Translations under genes and position numbers: made by a program
In this document: positions 9,327 through 18,961 of the stretch, piece after piece
How the letters are laid out: the number at the start of each line of letters is the position of its first letter
Numbering within the stretch: position 1 is the stretch's first letter
The notes under the pieces: generated by a model
What the model saw: the letters and a program-made list of their open reading frames with translations, nothing else
Database searches by the model: none
Told to the model about the DNA's origin: nothing
Source of the DNA: Candidatus Aenigmatarchaeota archaeon
Lineage (GTDB): Archaea; Aenigmatarchaeota; Aenigmatarchaeia; CG10238-14; SCSR01
Reading direction: 5' to 3'
DNA length: 64,000 nucleotides
NCBI GenBank assembly: GCA_016187415.1
Contig: JACPJT010000001.1
Coordinates: 13,634 to 77,633, forward strand

Positions 9327-10788
9327 GAAATATTAATTACAAAAGTATCAGGCTGAAGGCTGGACTCGAAAGTTAACAACCGGGTAAATCCACCAACAGC
9401 TTGAGGTAAATCGAAAACTTTTCTGTAGTTGTTCTACAGCTATGAAGGAAAAAGTACCTATCATGACAATATCTAGACGTCAACACCCAGTTGCATCGGA
9501 AATGGGCTTGATAGACACAGCTGCGCAATTTGAATATTTACGCGATAGAACTTTCCATTACCAAGTGTTCAACAATGAAAATTGTCTCGTTGAAGTTGAT
9601 TGTGAACCACCACACAATTTGAATCCTGAGGCTTTAGAGATTGCTCTACAAATTGCACTATTGCTCAATTGCGAGATTCTAAATGAGATTCATGTCATGA
9701 GAAAAACTGTTATTGACGGCAGTAATACAAGCGGATTTCAACGTACGGTAATTGTAGGATTAAACGGTCACATTAGTTACAAAGGTAAAAGAATTCTGAT
9801 AACACAGGTAACTTTGGAAGAAGACGCAGCAGCGATTGTCGATGAAGAGAATGGTAAAGTGGTGTATCGATTAAATCGCCTAGGGGTTCCATTGGTAGAA
9901 ATTGACACAGGAATTCTGGAAGGATACTCACCTCAAGAAATCCAAGAGATTGCCTATTTAATTGGTATAATAGCTCGTTCAACAACTAAAACAAAACATG
10001 GCATAGGTTCAATCAGGCAGGATGTCAATGTCAGCATAAGAAACGGACCGAGAGTAGAGGTTAAAGGCATGCAAGAATTGGGCATGCTGGCGAAGGTTGT
10101 TGAATTGGAAGCCCAGAGACAAACGAAGGAGAAAATCAAAGAAGAAACCCGTGCGGCAAACCCCGACGGTACGACAAGGTTTCTAAGACCTTTGCCCGGA
10201 GCCAGCAGGATGTATCCCGAGACCGATATACCGCCTGTGGTGCTTTCGAAGGAATACATCGATGAAATCAAAAAGAGTTTGCCAGAGCCTTGGACGAACA
10301 AAATTGAACGATTCAAATCCAAATTAAAATTGCCCGATGTGCTGGCAAAGGAAATACTTGGATCAGAATATCTTGATTTGTTTGAAAGGATTGTCGCCAA
10401 AACGAAAGTGGATCCCACTATTGTTGCTAACACATTTGTATCAGTTGTCAAGGATTTGGTTCGAAGGGAGAAAGTGGAGATTAACAGGATACAGGAGCAC
10501 AGGTTCTTCGAACTTTTCGAGTCTCTAGGGGAAAAGAAATTCGTCAAGGAAGCGATGCCTGAGATTATAAAATATCTTGCGGCATATCCGCAGAATGGTG
10601 TAGCTGATGCGCTGAATGAATTGGATTTGAAGCCGATGACATCAGAAGAAGTTCGTGAAATTGCGAAAGGAATTCTTACGCAACCAAATATGCCATTCGA
10701 AAAAGCATACGGGATTGTTATGAGCAAGGTTAGAGGGAAGATAGATGCTCAGGAAGTCATGAAGATTGTCAAGAGTATGGTCAAATAG
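9323..10788 (+). CDS. gatE: Glu-tRNA(Gln) amidotransferase subunit E, join(9323..9370,9388..10788); short form lacking the AspRS-like insertion
   Basis: GGAGGTGA SD then TTG: MRNINYKSIRLKAGLE + IHQQLEVNRKLFCSC in frame with 9442; MRKTVIDGSNTSGFQRT, LNRLGVPLVEI, RPLPGASRMYPETD. Confidence 0.93.
9371..9387 (+). other. putative 17-nt bulge-helix-bulge micro-intron in gatE mRNA
   Basis: AGTTAACAACCGGGTAA separates GGA CTC GAA from ATC CAC CAA CAG; contains an in-frame TAA; CTCG/CGGG helix flanked by AAA and TAAA bulges. Confidence 0.75.
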
Positions 10789-11314
10789 GTTCGACTCTCT
10801 GCATGTCGATTTGTTGTTGGATAGGACGCGCAAAATAACCTCTATACTTTCTTTGTAAATCCTCTCTTCTCCAGTCATTTCCAGTAACAACTCTTCTGCA
10901 ACTATCCGCTCCGCAAGCACAGTTGAACTCGTATTCCAGATGCAAATCCACCATTGCATAATCGATAGTTATTTCTTCATTTGGTTTTATGCGTCTTCTC
11001 GCAACTACAGTTATCCGACCATCGATTCCACAGTTTGGATTGCATGAGTGATTGATATAATCACCACCGTCAAGTTCCTCCGCATGGAGTTTTGCAATTG
11101 CAAAATCCCGACCCACAGCTACGGCAGAAATATCTACAGGCGTTTCGTGTCCGTCAGTTGAAACGGCAAGCTCCCTTAATTGTGAACTGCGCAGTATGTG
11201 CCCACCCCAGACAACCACCTTTTCGCCTTTACGAATATAATAAGTCGCAAATAACCCATAACCTCCAATGTGCGATTCTCTTTTTGAGGTCTTAGGACTT
11301 ACCCAATTATACAT
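10781..11314 (-). CDS. SET-domain protein-lysine methyltransferase with post-SET Cys motif
   Basis: GYGLFA, YINHSCNPN, EEITIDY, CACGADSCR. Confidence 0.92.
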   Translation of the reverse strand: MYNWVSPKTSKRESHIGGYGLFATYYIRKGEKVVVWGGHILRSSQLRELAVSTDGHETPVDISAVAVGRDFAIAKLHAEELDGGDYINHSCNPNCGIDGRITVVARRRIKPNEEITIDYAMVDLHLEYEFNCACGADSCRRVVTGNDWRREDLQRKYRGYFARPIQQQIDMQRVEPI

Positions 11315-11371
11315 TAATTAACAATATCCGTAAAAGGATAAAAACTAAGCTTAGCTTTGTTTAAAAATTGT

Positions 11372-12979
11372 TCATATCAATAAAGCTTGTTGACGGGATC
11401 CGGATTTTATAATTTGTTTCGTACACATGTAAGCTGGCGTCCCTGCGACAGAACCGCATGGATAAGACCCCGACCCGCAGTAAAATATATTTTCATTATC
11501 ACCGAACTGGTAGAAATTCTTTTCCGGATTAGGAGAATAATTACGCTCAAAAAATGTCTGTCCGTTTGAAACACCAATGTGATCCATATTCCCCTTTGGA
11601 ATATGGAACATGTCTCTCAGATCCTTCGGAGTGATAAAAATGCTTTTTATCAGATCTTTTTTATTTTCAATTTTTGACAATATGACACGTTCTATTTCCT
11701 TTTTGGCACTGTTCAAGTCCTTTCCTTTTTTGGAAAACGCAACATTTTTACAAATGGCCGATACGATATCATAATCCGTTTTTATCCCAAGTTTCCGCAT
11801 CCCCGCGCCTTCACAGTAAAGTTCAAAGTAAGCAGGTTGAAAGTCCTTCTTATTCTCAGCAACGGCTTTTGTAGTTTTCTCATACTCGTCAAGTGAATTG
11901 ACAGAAAAAATAAGGCGAAATGCAGAATCGAAGTCTTCCTCGTTTGTTCTATTCTTCCATATGACCGGTTTTTTGAAAATTAATATCATTTTACCAGATG
12001 TACCAAGAAATTCTTTCCGAGAAATTTTATTCACGAGTTCCTTGTCATGTAGCAGTTTGGCTGCAGTAAGCGGATCGGTTGCAAAAATTATATAGTCTCC
12101 CTTTATTTTGAATTTCTCGCGTGATTTCACATAAGTTACTTCTCGTGTTTCTTTTGACACGTCGATTACTTTTGATGCCGTAATTATATTGACGCCGCAT
12201 TTTTTGTTAATCATACCCAGCGTCTTTGTTAAGTTCCATATGCCACCCTTTACAATGCCCCACTTGCCGTCGAAGATTGTACCGGAAAACATCAGAGGAA
12301 GAGTGAATGCCGAATAAGGAGAGTCTAAAGATACAGGACCGTCCATAGTAATAGGCACGCTAAAAACCAATTTGGTTTTTTCTGATGTAAAATAATAATC
12401 CAATAGCCCTCTAGCACTTCCAGATATCCACAATTTTGCAAGTTTTTTCCCCAGATATTTTTCAGCATTCTCAATGGTTGGCACCTCCGCATTCCTATAG
12501 CCTTTAATCAGAAACGACCTTACTTTCTCAAGATCCCAAAAAAACAAATTGACTTTACCCCTTTCGCCCCACCTTTCTCTAAATTCTTTTTTCAGTTGAA
12601 AAATTTCATCTAACAAAAGCATTTTTTTATTCAACTTGCCCAGCATCCTGAATATTGCCGTGAGACTATTTTCACTAGAAGCATCGGAATCTTTTTCCGA
12701 TTCGAAATAAATTATTTCTGGATGTTTCGGAAGGTAAGCAGTCAGATATTTATCAAGCCCAGTCTCTTTAAAAACGAAATCCTGCATCAATCCCAAAACG
12801 CTGGCTCCAGTGGCGTAAGGAATCCTTTTTCCTTTGTATTTGAAGTAATCGACTGCGCATGCGCCACCCACGACATCATTTCTTTCCAGGACAGTGACGT
12901 GAAACCCGTTTTTTTGAAGATAATTTGCGGCAACAAGACCGTTTATACCGCCGCCCACAATAATAACGTTCCCACTCAT
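11372..12979 (-). CDS. FAD-dependent oxidoreductase, phytoene dehydrogenase-like
   Basis: IVGGGINGLVAANYL...LERNDVVGGAC; C-terminal FYCGSGSYPCGSVAG. Confidence 0.85.
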   Translation of the reverse strand: MSGNVIIVGGGINGLVAANYLQKNGFHVTVLERNDVVGGACAVDYFKYKGKRIPYATGASVLGLMQDFVFKETGLDKYLTAYLPKHPEIIYFESEKDSDASSENSLTAIFRMLGKLNKKMLLLDEIFQLKKEFRERWGERGKVNLFFWDLEKVRSFLIKGYRNAEVPTIENAEKYLGKKLAKLWISGSARGLLDYYFTSEKTKLVFSVPITMDGPVSLDSPYSAFTLPLMFSGTIFDGKWGIVKGGIWNLTKTLGMINKKCGVNIITASKVIDVSKETREVTYVKSREKFKIKGDYIIFATDPLTAAKLLHDKELVNKISRKEFLGTSGKMILIFKKPVIWKNRTNEEDFDSAFRLIFSVNSLDEYEKTTKAVAENKKDFQPAYFELYCEGAGMRKLGIKTDYDIVSAICKNVAFSKKGKDLNSAKKEIERVILSKIENKKDLIKSIFITPKDLRDMFHIPKGNMDHIGVSNGQTFFERNYSPNPEKNFYQFGDNENIFYCGSGSYPCGSVAGTPAYMCTKQIIKSGSRQQALLI

Positions 12980-13129
12980 GACAAATCGCCAAACAATCTA
13001 TTAGGATGTTCAAAGGTTATAAATATACAATATCACTAATACGATACAATGTCTGCATATAACCTTACAGCGAAAGTAGTTTACATATAAATCTCCTTCT
13101 TAGTTAACTCTCTCTGAAATGTGATATCC

Positions 13130-14134
13130 ATGGTTAATGAAAAACAATTGAAAAAAGCGCATGAATACGATTTTCGTAAAACAATTGCTCTGAAAAATTT
13201 CGTTGATGTTAAAGGCTATGACTTCTCCAAACCTTTCGATTTCAAACAGTTCTTGGAATCATTCAAGAATACAGGGTTTCAAGCGACGAACATCGGAATA
13301 GCCATGGATATTATCAAGAAAATGCGCAAGGACAACGTAAAGATAATTCTCACTTACACATCCAATCTGGTAACATCCGGCCTAAGGGATGTAATCGCCT
13401 ATTTGGTGAAAAATAAACTAGTTCATGCACTTTGCACAACAGGCGGCGGCATAGAGGAGGACATAATGAAATGTTTCAAGCCGTTTGTCATCGGACATTT
13501 TGACAAAGACGCGAAGGAGCTTTATGTAAGAGGCATGAACCGCACCGGTAACATCTACGTTCCAGATTCTATTTACATGGAATTCGAGCAGTTTGTATTG
13601 CGCCTATTGGAAAAATTTTATAAGAGGCAGCTAACAGAAAACAAGGTGGTCAGTACCATCGAGTTTGTCGATGAACTCGGTAAGGAGATAAACAACGAAT
13701 CATCGATATTGTACTGGGCATACAAAAACAGGATACCGGTATTTGCTCCAGGATTAGTCGATGGCGCTATAGGCGACATAATATGGTTTTTCAAAAACAA
13801 GCACCCCGACTTTAAGCTTGACGTGTCGGACGATGTTCTGAAGATGAATAACCTGCCTGTTGAAGCGGATAACACCGGTGTGATAGCTTTAGGATCCGGC
13901 TTGCCACGGCATTACGCATTGAACGCGAACATATTCCGTGGCGGCACAAAATATGCAGTTTATATTTCCAGCGGGACCGAATGGGACGGTTCGACATCCA
14001 GCTCAAAGCCCAACGAGGCTTATACATGGGGAAAAATAAAATTATTCGAGCCGTTTGAAAAAAATTCCGTGGAAGTTGTAGGCGATGCGACAATAATTTT
14101 TCCCCTTATAGTCGCTTGCGCATTCCGGCAATAA
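13130..14134 (+). CDS. dys: deoxyhypusine synthase
   Basis: TGFQAT, YTSNLVTSGLR, TTGGGIEED, EAYTWGKI, GDATIIFPL. Confidence 0.93.
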   Translation: MVNEKQLKKAHEYDFRKTIALKNFVDVKGYDFSKPFDFKQFLESFKNTGFQATNIGIAMDIIKKMRKDNVKIILTYTSNLVTSGLRDVIAYLVKNKLVHALCTTGGGIEEDIMKCFKPFVIGHFDKDAKELYVRGMNRTGNIYVPDSIYMEFEQFVLRLLEKFYKRQLTENKVVSTIEFVDELGKEINNESSILYWAYKNRIPVFAPGLVDGAIGDIIWFFKNKHPDFKLDVSDDVLKMNNLPVEADNTGVIALGSGLPRHYALNANIFRGGTKYAVYISSGTEWDGSTSSSKPNEAYTWGKIKLFEPFEKNSVEVVGDATIIFPLIVACAFRQ

Positions 14135-14173
14135 GTTAATTTTAATAGGAATCTAAATAATTTTACGGTTTAA

Positions 14174-14536
14174 ATGGCAGAACCAGGAACTTACGGGTAT
14201 GAACTGATAATGAATTTGCGCGGTTGCAATCTGGAAAAATTATCTTCACGAGAACATTTGGTCGATTTTGTAGATAAGCTGTGCAATTTGATTAAAATGA
14301 AAAAATTCGGCGAGACGTTTTGCGAAAGATTTGGATTGGGTTTAGATTATGCGGCAGGTTATTCTGTCGTCCAACTCATAGAATCCAGCTCAATCACAGG
14401 CCATTTCTCAGAATTGTGGAGAACGGCTTACATCAATGTATTCTCGTGCAAGGAATTCGACTCTAAAGCCGTGGAGAATTTCACTAAAGAGTTCTTTGAA
14501 GCTAAGGATACAACCAGCACATTCCTAGTCAGATAG
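14174..14536 (+). CDS. speD: pyruvoyl-dependent S-adenosylmethionine decarboxylase family protein
   Basis: GYSVVQLIESSSITGHF, AYINVFSCKEF. Confidence 0.8.
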   Translation: MAEPGTYGYELIMNLRGCNLEKLSSREHLVDFVDKLCNLIKMKKFGETFCERFGLGLDYAAGYSVVQLIESSSITGHFSELWRTAYINVFSCKEFDSKAVENFTKEFFEAKDTTSTFLVR

Positions 14537-14646
14537 TATTCCCGATTAGATGCAGAAGAGTATTTTTAACGAATCAATATGGAAAAATAGGGATCGTCGA
14601 GCGGCTATTTGGAATACTTAAATAGCTAACTATTTAGAGTGGAATT

Positions 14647-14961
14647 ATGAAACAAACACTCTTGGGAATTAGAAATGGTCTTGTAGAATTGGGGCTGTGC
14701 TTAGGTTGCCTCATTGGTGGAGGAGTTGCTATTCCAGTTAACATGGAAGCCGGATATTATGGTGGCAGACCTTATCAGATTCTACGTGAATTGCGTAAAA
14801 AACCTAATACAAGAATTGCACAAAGCGTTATTGCAGTTTATGAAACTATTGGATTACCATTTTATGCACTAGCGGCATTATGTGGAAGTGTTGATGAGAT
14901 TGATCCATCGTTCCGTTCACATCCAAAATACAAATCCTACAGAGAAGAACGTAAGCAATAG
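14647..14961 (+). CDS. hypothetical protein
   Basis: 104-aa AT-rich ORF with upstream TTAAATA. Confidence 0.55.
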   Translation: MKQTLLGIRNGLVELGLCLGCLIGGGVAIPVNMEAGYYGGRPYQILRELRKKPNTRIAQSVIAVYETIGLPFYALAALCGSVDEIDPSFRSHPKYKSYREERKQ

Positions 14962-15031
14962 CGAACTGGGACACGGTTCAAAAGAATAATTATTCTAAAT
15001 CCATTTTAGCCACAATCATTTGAAACTACAA

Positions 15032-16312
15032 TTAGAGACACTCTCCAATCAATAAATTCCTTTTCGCACCCGTTATTCTGATGTCTAGAAACTCACCAAG
15101 TTTTACTGGACCATTGATTAGAACAGGCTTGTACGCGTAGTTACTGCCTATCATAGTACCATTATTCTTAATGTTGACCAATACTTTACCTTTCCATCCC
15201 ACCCATTTCTTATTTCGTTCATAGGATATTTTCCTCACCAGTTTTGACAGCTCCCTGCTGCGTTCGTCTACGACAGTTCTTGGCACTTCTATCATTTTTT
15301 CGGCATGCGTTCCCGGTCTTTTGCCAAATTTTGATATGTTCACTATGTCGGGTCTGATTTTTTCAATCAATTGGATAGTTTTTTCAAAATCCACATCTTC
15401 CTCGCCAGGATGACCAACAATAATGTCAGTAGCCAAGGCCAACTCGGGTATTTCTTTTCTGAATAATTCAACATAGCTGATGAAACCCTCAACAGTGTAT
15501 CCGCGTCTCATTATTTTCAGGACTTTATTACTTCCAGACTGCACGCATAGATGCAAGAATTTGTAAATCTTTTCATTCTTGAATGCCTCTATCAGATCTC
15601 TAATTTCCACTTTTTTGAAGTGTAACGGATTCATCATCCCGACACGGATAAAGAATCTCCCTTCCAATCTTGTCACCGATTCCAGCAGTTCAGGAAGACT
15701 TGTGTCGATGTCCCTGCCATAAGCGCTGGAATCTTGCGATGCCAGCCAGAATTCTTTACAGCCGTCTTTTATGCCATCTTTGATTTGCTCCCTTATTGCA
15801 TGCGGCCGATAACTGTGCAAATCACCGCGCGCCAGTTTTGTCGCACAGAATGAACAATTGGAAATGCACCCACTGCTAATTTCCACTATATCAATTATAG
15901 GAGTTGTTCTCAAATGTGGCAGTGAAACCTTTTCTTCATTTAACCTCTCCAATGATAGTACCTTTTCACCATTCAATGTTGCATATGCTACGTCCACAAT
16001 ATCTGTAATCGCATCAGGCCCGATGAAACTCGCTTTCGGATTTATCTTTTCAACTAGTTTTCTTTCTTTGTCAATCTTGGACAAACACCCGGCTACTATT
16101 AATGGTCTGTTCACCTTTGTCAACTCCCGGGATCTGAAAATCATTCTCGCCACTGTCGGAGACTTGACTGCACATGTTGTAATTAAATTGATGTCAGCTT
16201 CTTTGGGAGATCCGACTGTCTTAAACCCCGATTTTTTCAGTAACCCTAGCATTATTTCATGATCAGCTTTGTTCGCACTGCATCCATAAAATTCCCCATA
16301 AACTTTTACCAT
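15032..16312 (-). CDS. mtaB: MiaB-like radical SAM tRNA t6A37 methylthiotransferase (archaeal MtaB type)
   Basis: YGCSAN, TCAVK, VAGCL, GCISNCSFC, TDIIVGHPGE, C-terminal TRAM. Confidence 0.9.
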   Translation of the reverse strand: MVKVYGEFYGCSANKADHEIMLGLLKKSGFKTVGSPKEADINLITTCAVKSPTVARMIFRSRELTKVNRPLIVAGCLSKIDKERKLVEKINPKASFIGPDAITDIVDVAYATLNGEKVLSLERLNEEKVSLPHLRTTPIIDIVEISSGCISNCSFCATKLARGDLHSYRPHAIREQIKDGIKDGCKEFWLASQDSSAYGRDIDTSLPELLESVTRLEGRFFIRVGMMNPLHFKKVEIRDLIEAFKNEKIYKFLHLCVQSGSNKVLKIMRRGYTVEGFISYVELFRKEIPELALATDIIVGHPGEEDVDFEKTIQLIEKIRPDIVNISKFGKRPGTHAEKMIEVPRTVVDERSRELSKLVRKISYERNKKWVGWKGKVLVNIKNNGTMIGSNYAYKPVLINGPVKLGEFLDIRITGAKRNLLIGECL

Positions 16313-16316
16313 CTAA

Positions 16317-17204
16317 TCACTCGGTGTGGACTTCTACAATGTCGTTGTCCTGCAGTTTATAGCCCAGTCCAACCTTTTTGCCTGAGAATTTTGTAGAATT
16401 GAATATGCGCGCAAATTTGAATTCTTTTGCAAGATCCTTGTGTATCTTTTTTGCAAGGTCTTCTACAGTAGAATTTATTTTTAATGCCACAGCTGGTATG
16501 GCCTTTGGCTTGTTCGGAGATTTTGTGTAAATTTTTATCATGCCCAATTCTTTCCACATCTTTTCTTTCAACTCGTCAAGTCCAATTCCAGTTTTAGCAT
16601 CTATGCAAACTGTATCGGGATCCAATCCACACACCTTGCTTTTATTTTTAACCAGAACACGCTTTTTATTTCCAATCCTGAAATCTTTCACATTTTTCAT
16701 TAATTCGTTTTTCTGTTTTTCAATATTATGCTCGGAATCTAAAATGACCAATATCAAATCGCACGAATGTAAGAGACCCGATAGTTCACGGTTGAAAGTT
16801 GATGGTATTTCCACTAACTGGAACTGCAGATCATTGTAAAACATCATTCCAACTTTCGGTTCCTTTGTTGTGTATGGGTACTCACCGATCTCAACATCTG
16901 CATTTGTCAATGAATTGAGCAATGTGCTTTTGCCTGATTTGGTAATGCCAACAATGCATATTTGGGCCGCGCCGTCTTTCCTTATAGTGAATTTCGGTCT
17001 CTGTGATTTCCTCCTTTCGATTGCAGCTGCCCTTTTAAGTTTTGACAAACGTTTTCTCAAATCTGCCAGAAGATGTTCAGAACTTTTATGCTTGGGAGCT
17101 GTACGTATCATCTCTTCCAAAGCGATTATTTTCTCTTCAAGTGTTCTGGCTTCTGAATAGCGTCTTTCTGCTGCGAAATATTCAGGTCCGGCATTGACAG
17201 GCAT
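16317..17204 (-). CDS. DRG/Obg-family GTPase with TGS domain (degenerate G motifs)
   Basis: PKHKSSEHL, GITKSGKST, YPYTT, C-terminal TGS (KVGLGYKLQDNDIVEVH). Confidence 0.85.
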   Translation of the reverse strand: MPVNAGPEYFAAERRYSEARTLEEKIIALEEMIRTAPKHKSSEHLLADLRKRLSKLKRAAAIERRKSQRPKFTIRKDGAAQICIVGITKSGKSTLLNSLTNADVEIGEYPYTTKEPKVGMMFYNDLQFQLVEIPSTFNRELSGLLHSCDLILVILDSEHNIEKQKNELMKNVKDFRIGNKKRVLVKNKSKVCGLDPDTVCIDAKTGIGLDELKEKMWKELGMIKIYTKSPNKPKAIPAVALKINSTVEDLAKKIHKDLAKEFKFARIFNSTKFSGKKVGLGYKLQDNDIVEVHTE

Positions 17205-17220
17205 AATTAAAGAATCGTGC

Positions 17221-17751
17221 TCATTCCTTTTCTGCTTTGTCCTTTTTACCGAACATTTCCAGCTGGCCTTCCCTTACAAGATTGACGCGGTTCTGTATCA
17301 TGGCATGTATTCTTTCAGGGTATCTGACGCCTTTCAATACCATATCGCTGTCAGCTTTGAAAGAACCTACACTCAATGTCCCGTAATTAAATATCCTACC
17401 TAAAACATTCTTTTCCACACGTACATCTGCTACTGTCGCATAAGGCAAAATGACCCTTTCTTTATTGATTATACCTTCCTGTTTTATGACTTCATTTAAT
17501 GTAAGAACCATTCGCAGTCTGTACCTTTCCCATTCTGGCTGTTCTATCATTGCAGCCGCTATGCCGAAAATGCCCAGAAGAATCAAAGTCGACAATAAAT
17601 CTCCTTCTGTCTTCGGAAACAGCGTAAATTTCATGTTAAAGTTTGTATAAAGCAATACTAGAAATACAATCACAAGAGCGGCTATCAAATAATTGCCTAA
17701 GAAGTATAGTCTGGATGTCTTAAGCACAATTTCCTTTTGCCCATTTTCCAT
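17221..17751 (-). CDS. membrane protein with bacterial PH domain (bPH_2-like)
   Basis: Two TMs then VADVRVEKNVLGRIFNYGTL. Confidence 0.75.
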   Translation of the reverse strand: MENGQKEIVLKTSRLYFLGNYLIAALVIVFLVLLYTNFNMKFTLFPKTEGDLLSTLILLGIFGIAAAMIEQPEWERYRLRMVLTLNEVIKQEGIINKERVILPYATVADVRVEKNVLGRIFNYGTLSVGSFKADSDMVLKGVRYPERIHAMIQNRVNLVREGQLEMFGKKDKAEKE

Positions 17752-17840
17752 AAACTAAATTAGTATTCTAGGATTTAATTATTCACGTCAGAAACGAAAA
17801 AGTAAAAAATTAAAGAAAGTTAAATGACTGCAAACCGGAT

Positions 17841-18209
17841 TTATTCCTCTTCTGGTTGTTCTTCGTTTTCGGATTCTGATTCTTCTTCGTCGTCATCGTA
17901 TTTCATTTCAGTTGTCTCCTTCTTCTCAGAAGTTTCACCTTCTGCTGATTTGACCTCGTCAGTTCTTTCACCGATGGCATACTTGTTTCTAACATCTTTT
18001 ATTTTGATGTGGATTTTCTCTCCAAGTTTGGCACCGTTTACGAACACGACAAAGTTGTTTATCCTTGCTATGCCGTCGCCTTTAGAACCGGTTTCTTTTA
18101 TTTCAACATCGTATTCTTCGCCGACTTTGACGGGCTTTGGTTCGTTTGACTCGCGTTCAAATCTTGAACCACCAAATCTACCGAAGCTTCTTCTTTCACC
18201 AAATCTCAT
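17841..18209 (-). CDS. single-TRAM-domain RNA-binding protein
   Basis: PVKVGEEYDVEI...GSKGDGIARINNFVVFV; RG-rich N-terminus, acidic tail. Confidence 0.9.
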   Translation of the reverse strand: MRFGERRSFGRFGGSRFERESNEPKPVKVGEEYDVEIKETGSKGDGIARINNFVVFVNGAKLGEKIHIKIKDVRNKYAIGERTDEVKSAEGETSEKKETTEMKYDDDEEESESENEEQPEEE

Positions 18210-18354
18210 TTAAAACGTAGACCTCCTTTATAGTTTCTTAAACCAATTTTGTTAAGAATTGGCTTCTTAGAGTAAACATAAGAAACAGATAGTATCAAAT
18301 CACCTTGTTACTTTCACCTAAGGTTTATTCCAAGTCAAAGTATTTAAAGGTTAG

Positions 18355-18436
18355 CGCCGAGGATGGGAGTCGAACCCACATGGCCTCACGGCCGCTAGTT
18401 TTCAAGACTAGTGCACCACCATTATGCGACCCCGGC
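18355..18436 (-). tRNA. tRNA-Ser(TGA)
   Basis: GCCGGGG/CCTCGGC acceptor, CTAGT-CTTGAAA-ACTAG anticodon arm, long variable arm, GTTCGA. Confidence 0.93.
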
Positions 18437-18453
18437 TTAGTTTACACTGGTTA

Positions 18454-18606
18454 TCAGATATCAAGCCTATATCTTATTTCTTGATAACAATTTTTACATA
18501 AATGATATTTTTCAACTTTATTATCTTTATCTGGAGGGCTCAACAGAATAGCGCCGAAATCGTCTAGTTCTTTATTGCATTTAACACAAACAGGACTTAT
18601 TGGCAT
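18454..18606 (-). CDS. small Zn-binding protein (50 aa)
   Basis: MPISPVCVKCNKELDDFGAILLSPPDKDNKVEKYHLCKNCY: two CxxC pairs; not in ORF track. Confidence 0.7.
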   Translation of the reverse strand: MPISPVCVKCNKELDDFGAILLSPPDKDNKVEKYHLCKNCYQEIRYRLDI

Positions 18607-18648
18607 ATATCATAGATATGGTTAGATAATTAGATAGGGATTTGTTAT

Positions 18649-18936
18649 TTACTTGACGACTTCCAATTTCCCGCCTTTAGGCATGCTCAATTGCAGAACA
18701 TTCCTGAACTGCGTGACATAGGCGCCTTTAACAATTACGTTATCACCCACGGAAACTGAATTAATTTGTTCTTCCCACAATGAAAGTTTTATTTGCCCGG
18801 TTTCATCTTCGAGTACAGAATCGGCTACACTTTTAACGCCGTATTTTGTATTCACATCCCGTGGCTCACCTTTTTCTACAACTTTGGCTTCAACGGTTAT
18901 TCCGCTCAAGCCGAGTTTGATATCCGCGATTTTCAT
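18649..18936 (-). CDS. single OB-fold ssDNA-binding protein (SSB/RPA)
   Basis: LEDETGQIKLSLW, GDNVIVKGAYV. Confidence 0.88.
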   Translation of the reverse strand: MKIADIKLGLSGITVEAKVVEKGEPRDVNTKYGVKSVADSVLEDETGQIKLSLWEEQINSVSVGDNVIVKGAYVTQFRNVLQLSMPKGGKLEVVK

Positions 18937-18961
18937 AAAATTTCACTCGGTTTTCAATTTA

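Noticed and set aside
10120-10150. Short GatE as another deletion artefact
   Set aside because: The junction is in frame and removes the dispensable AspRS-like insertion cleanly, which looks like a natural compact form.
9954-10727. 257-aa antisense ORF and the many other shadow ORFs
   Set aside because: They lie opposite well-supported genes and have no recognisable motifs.
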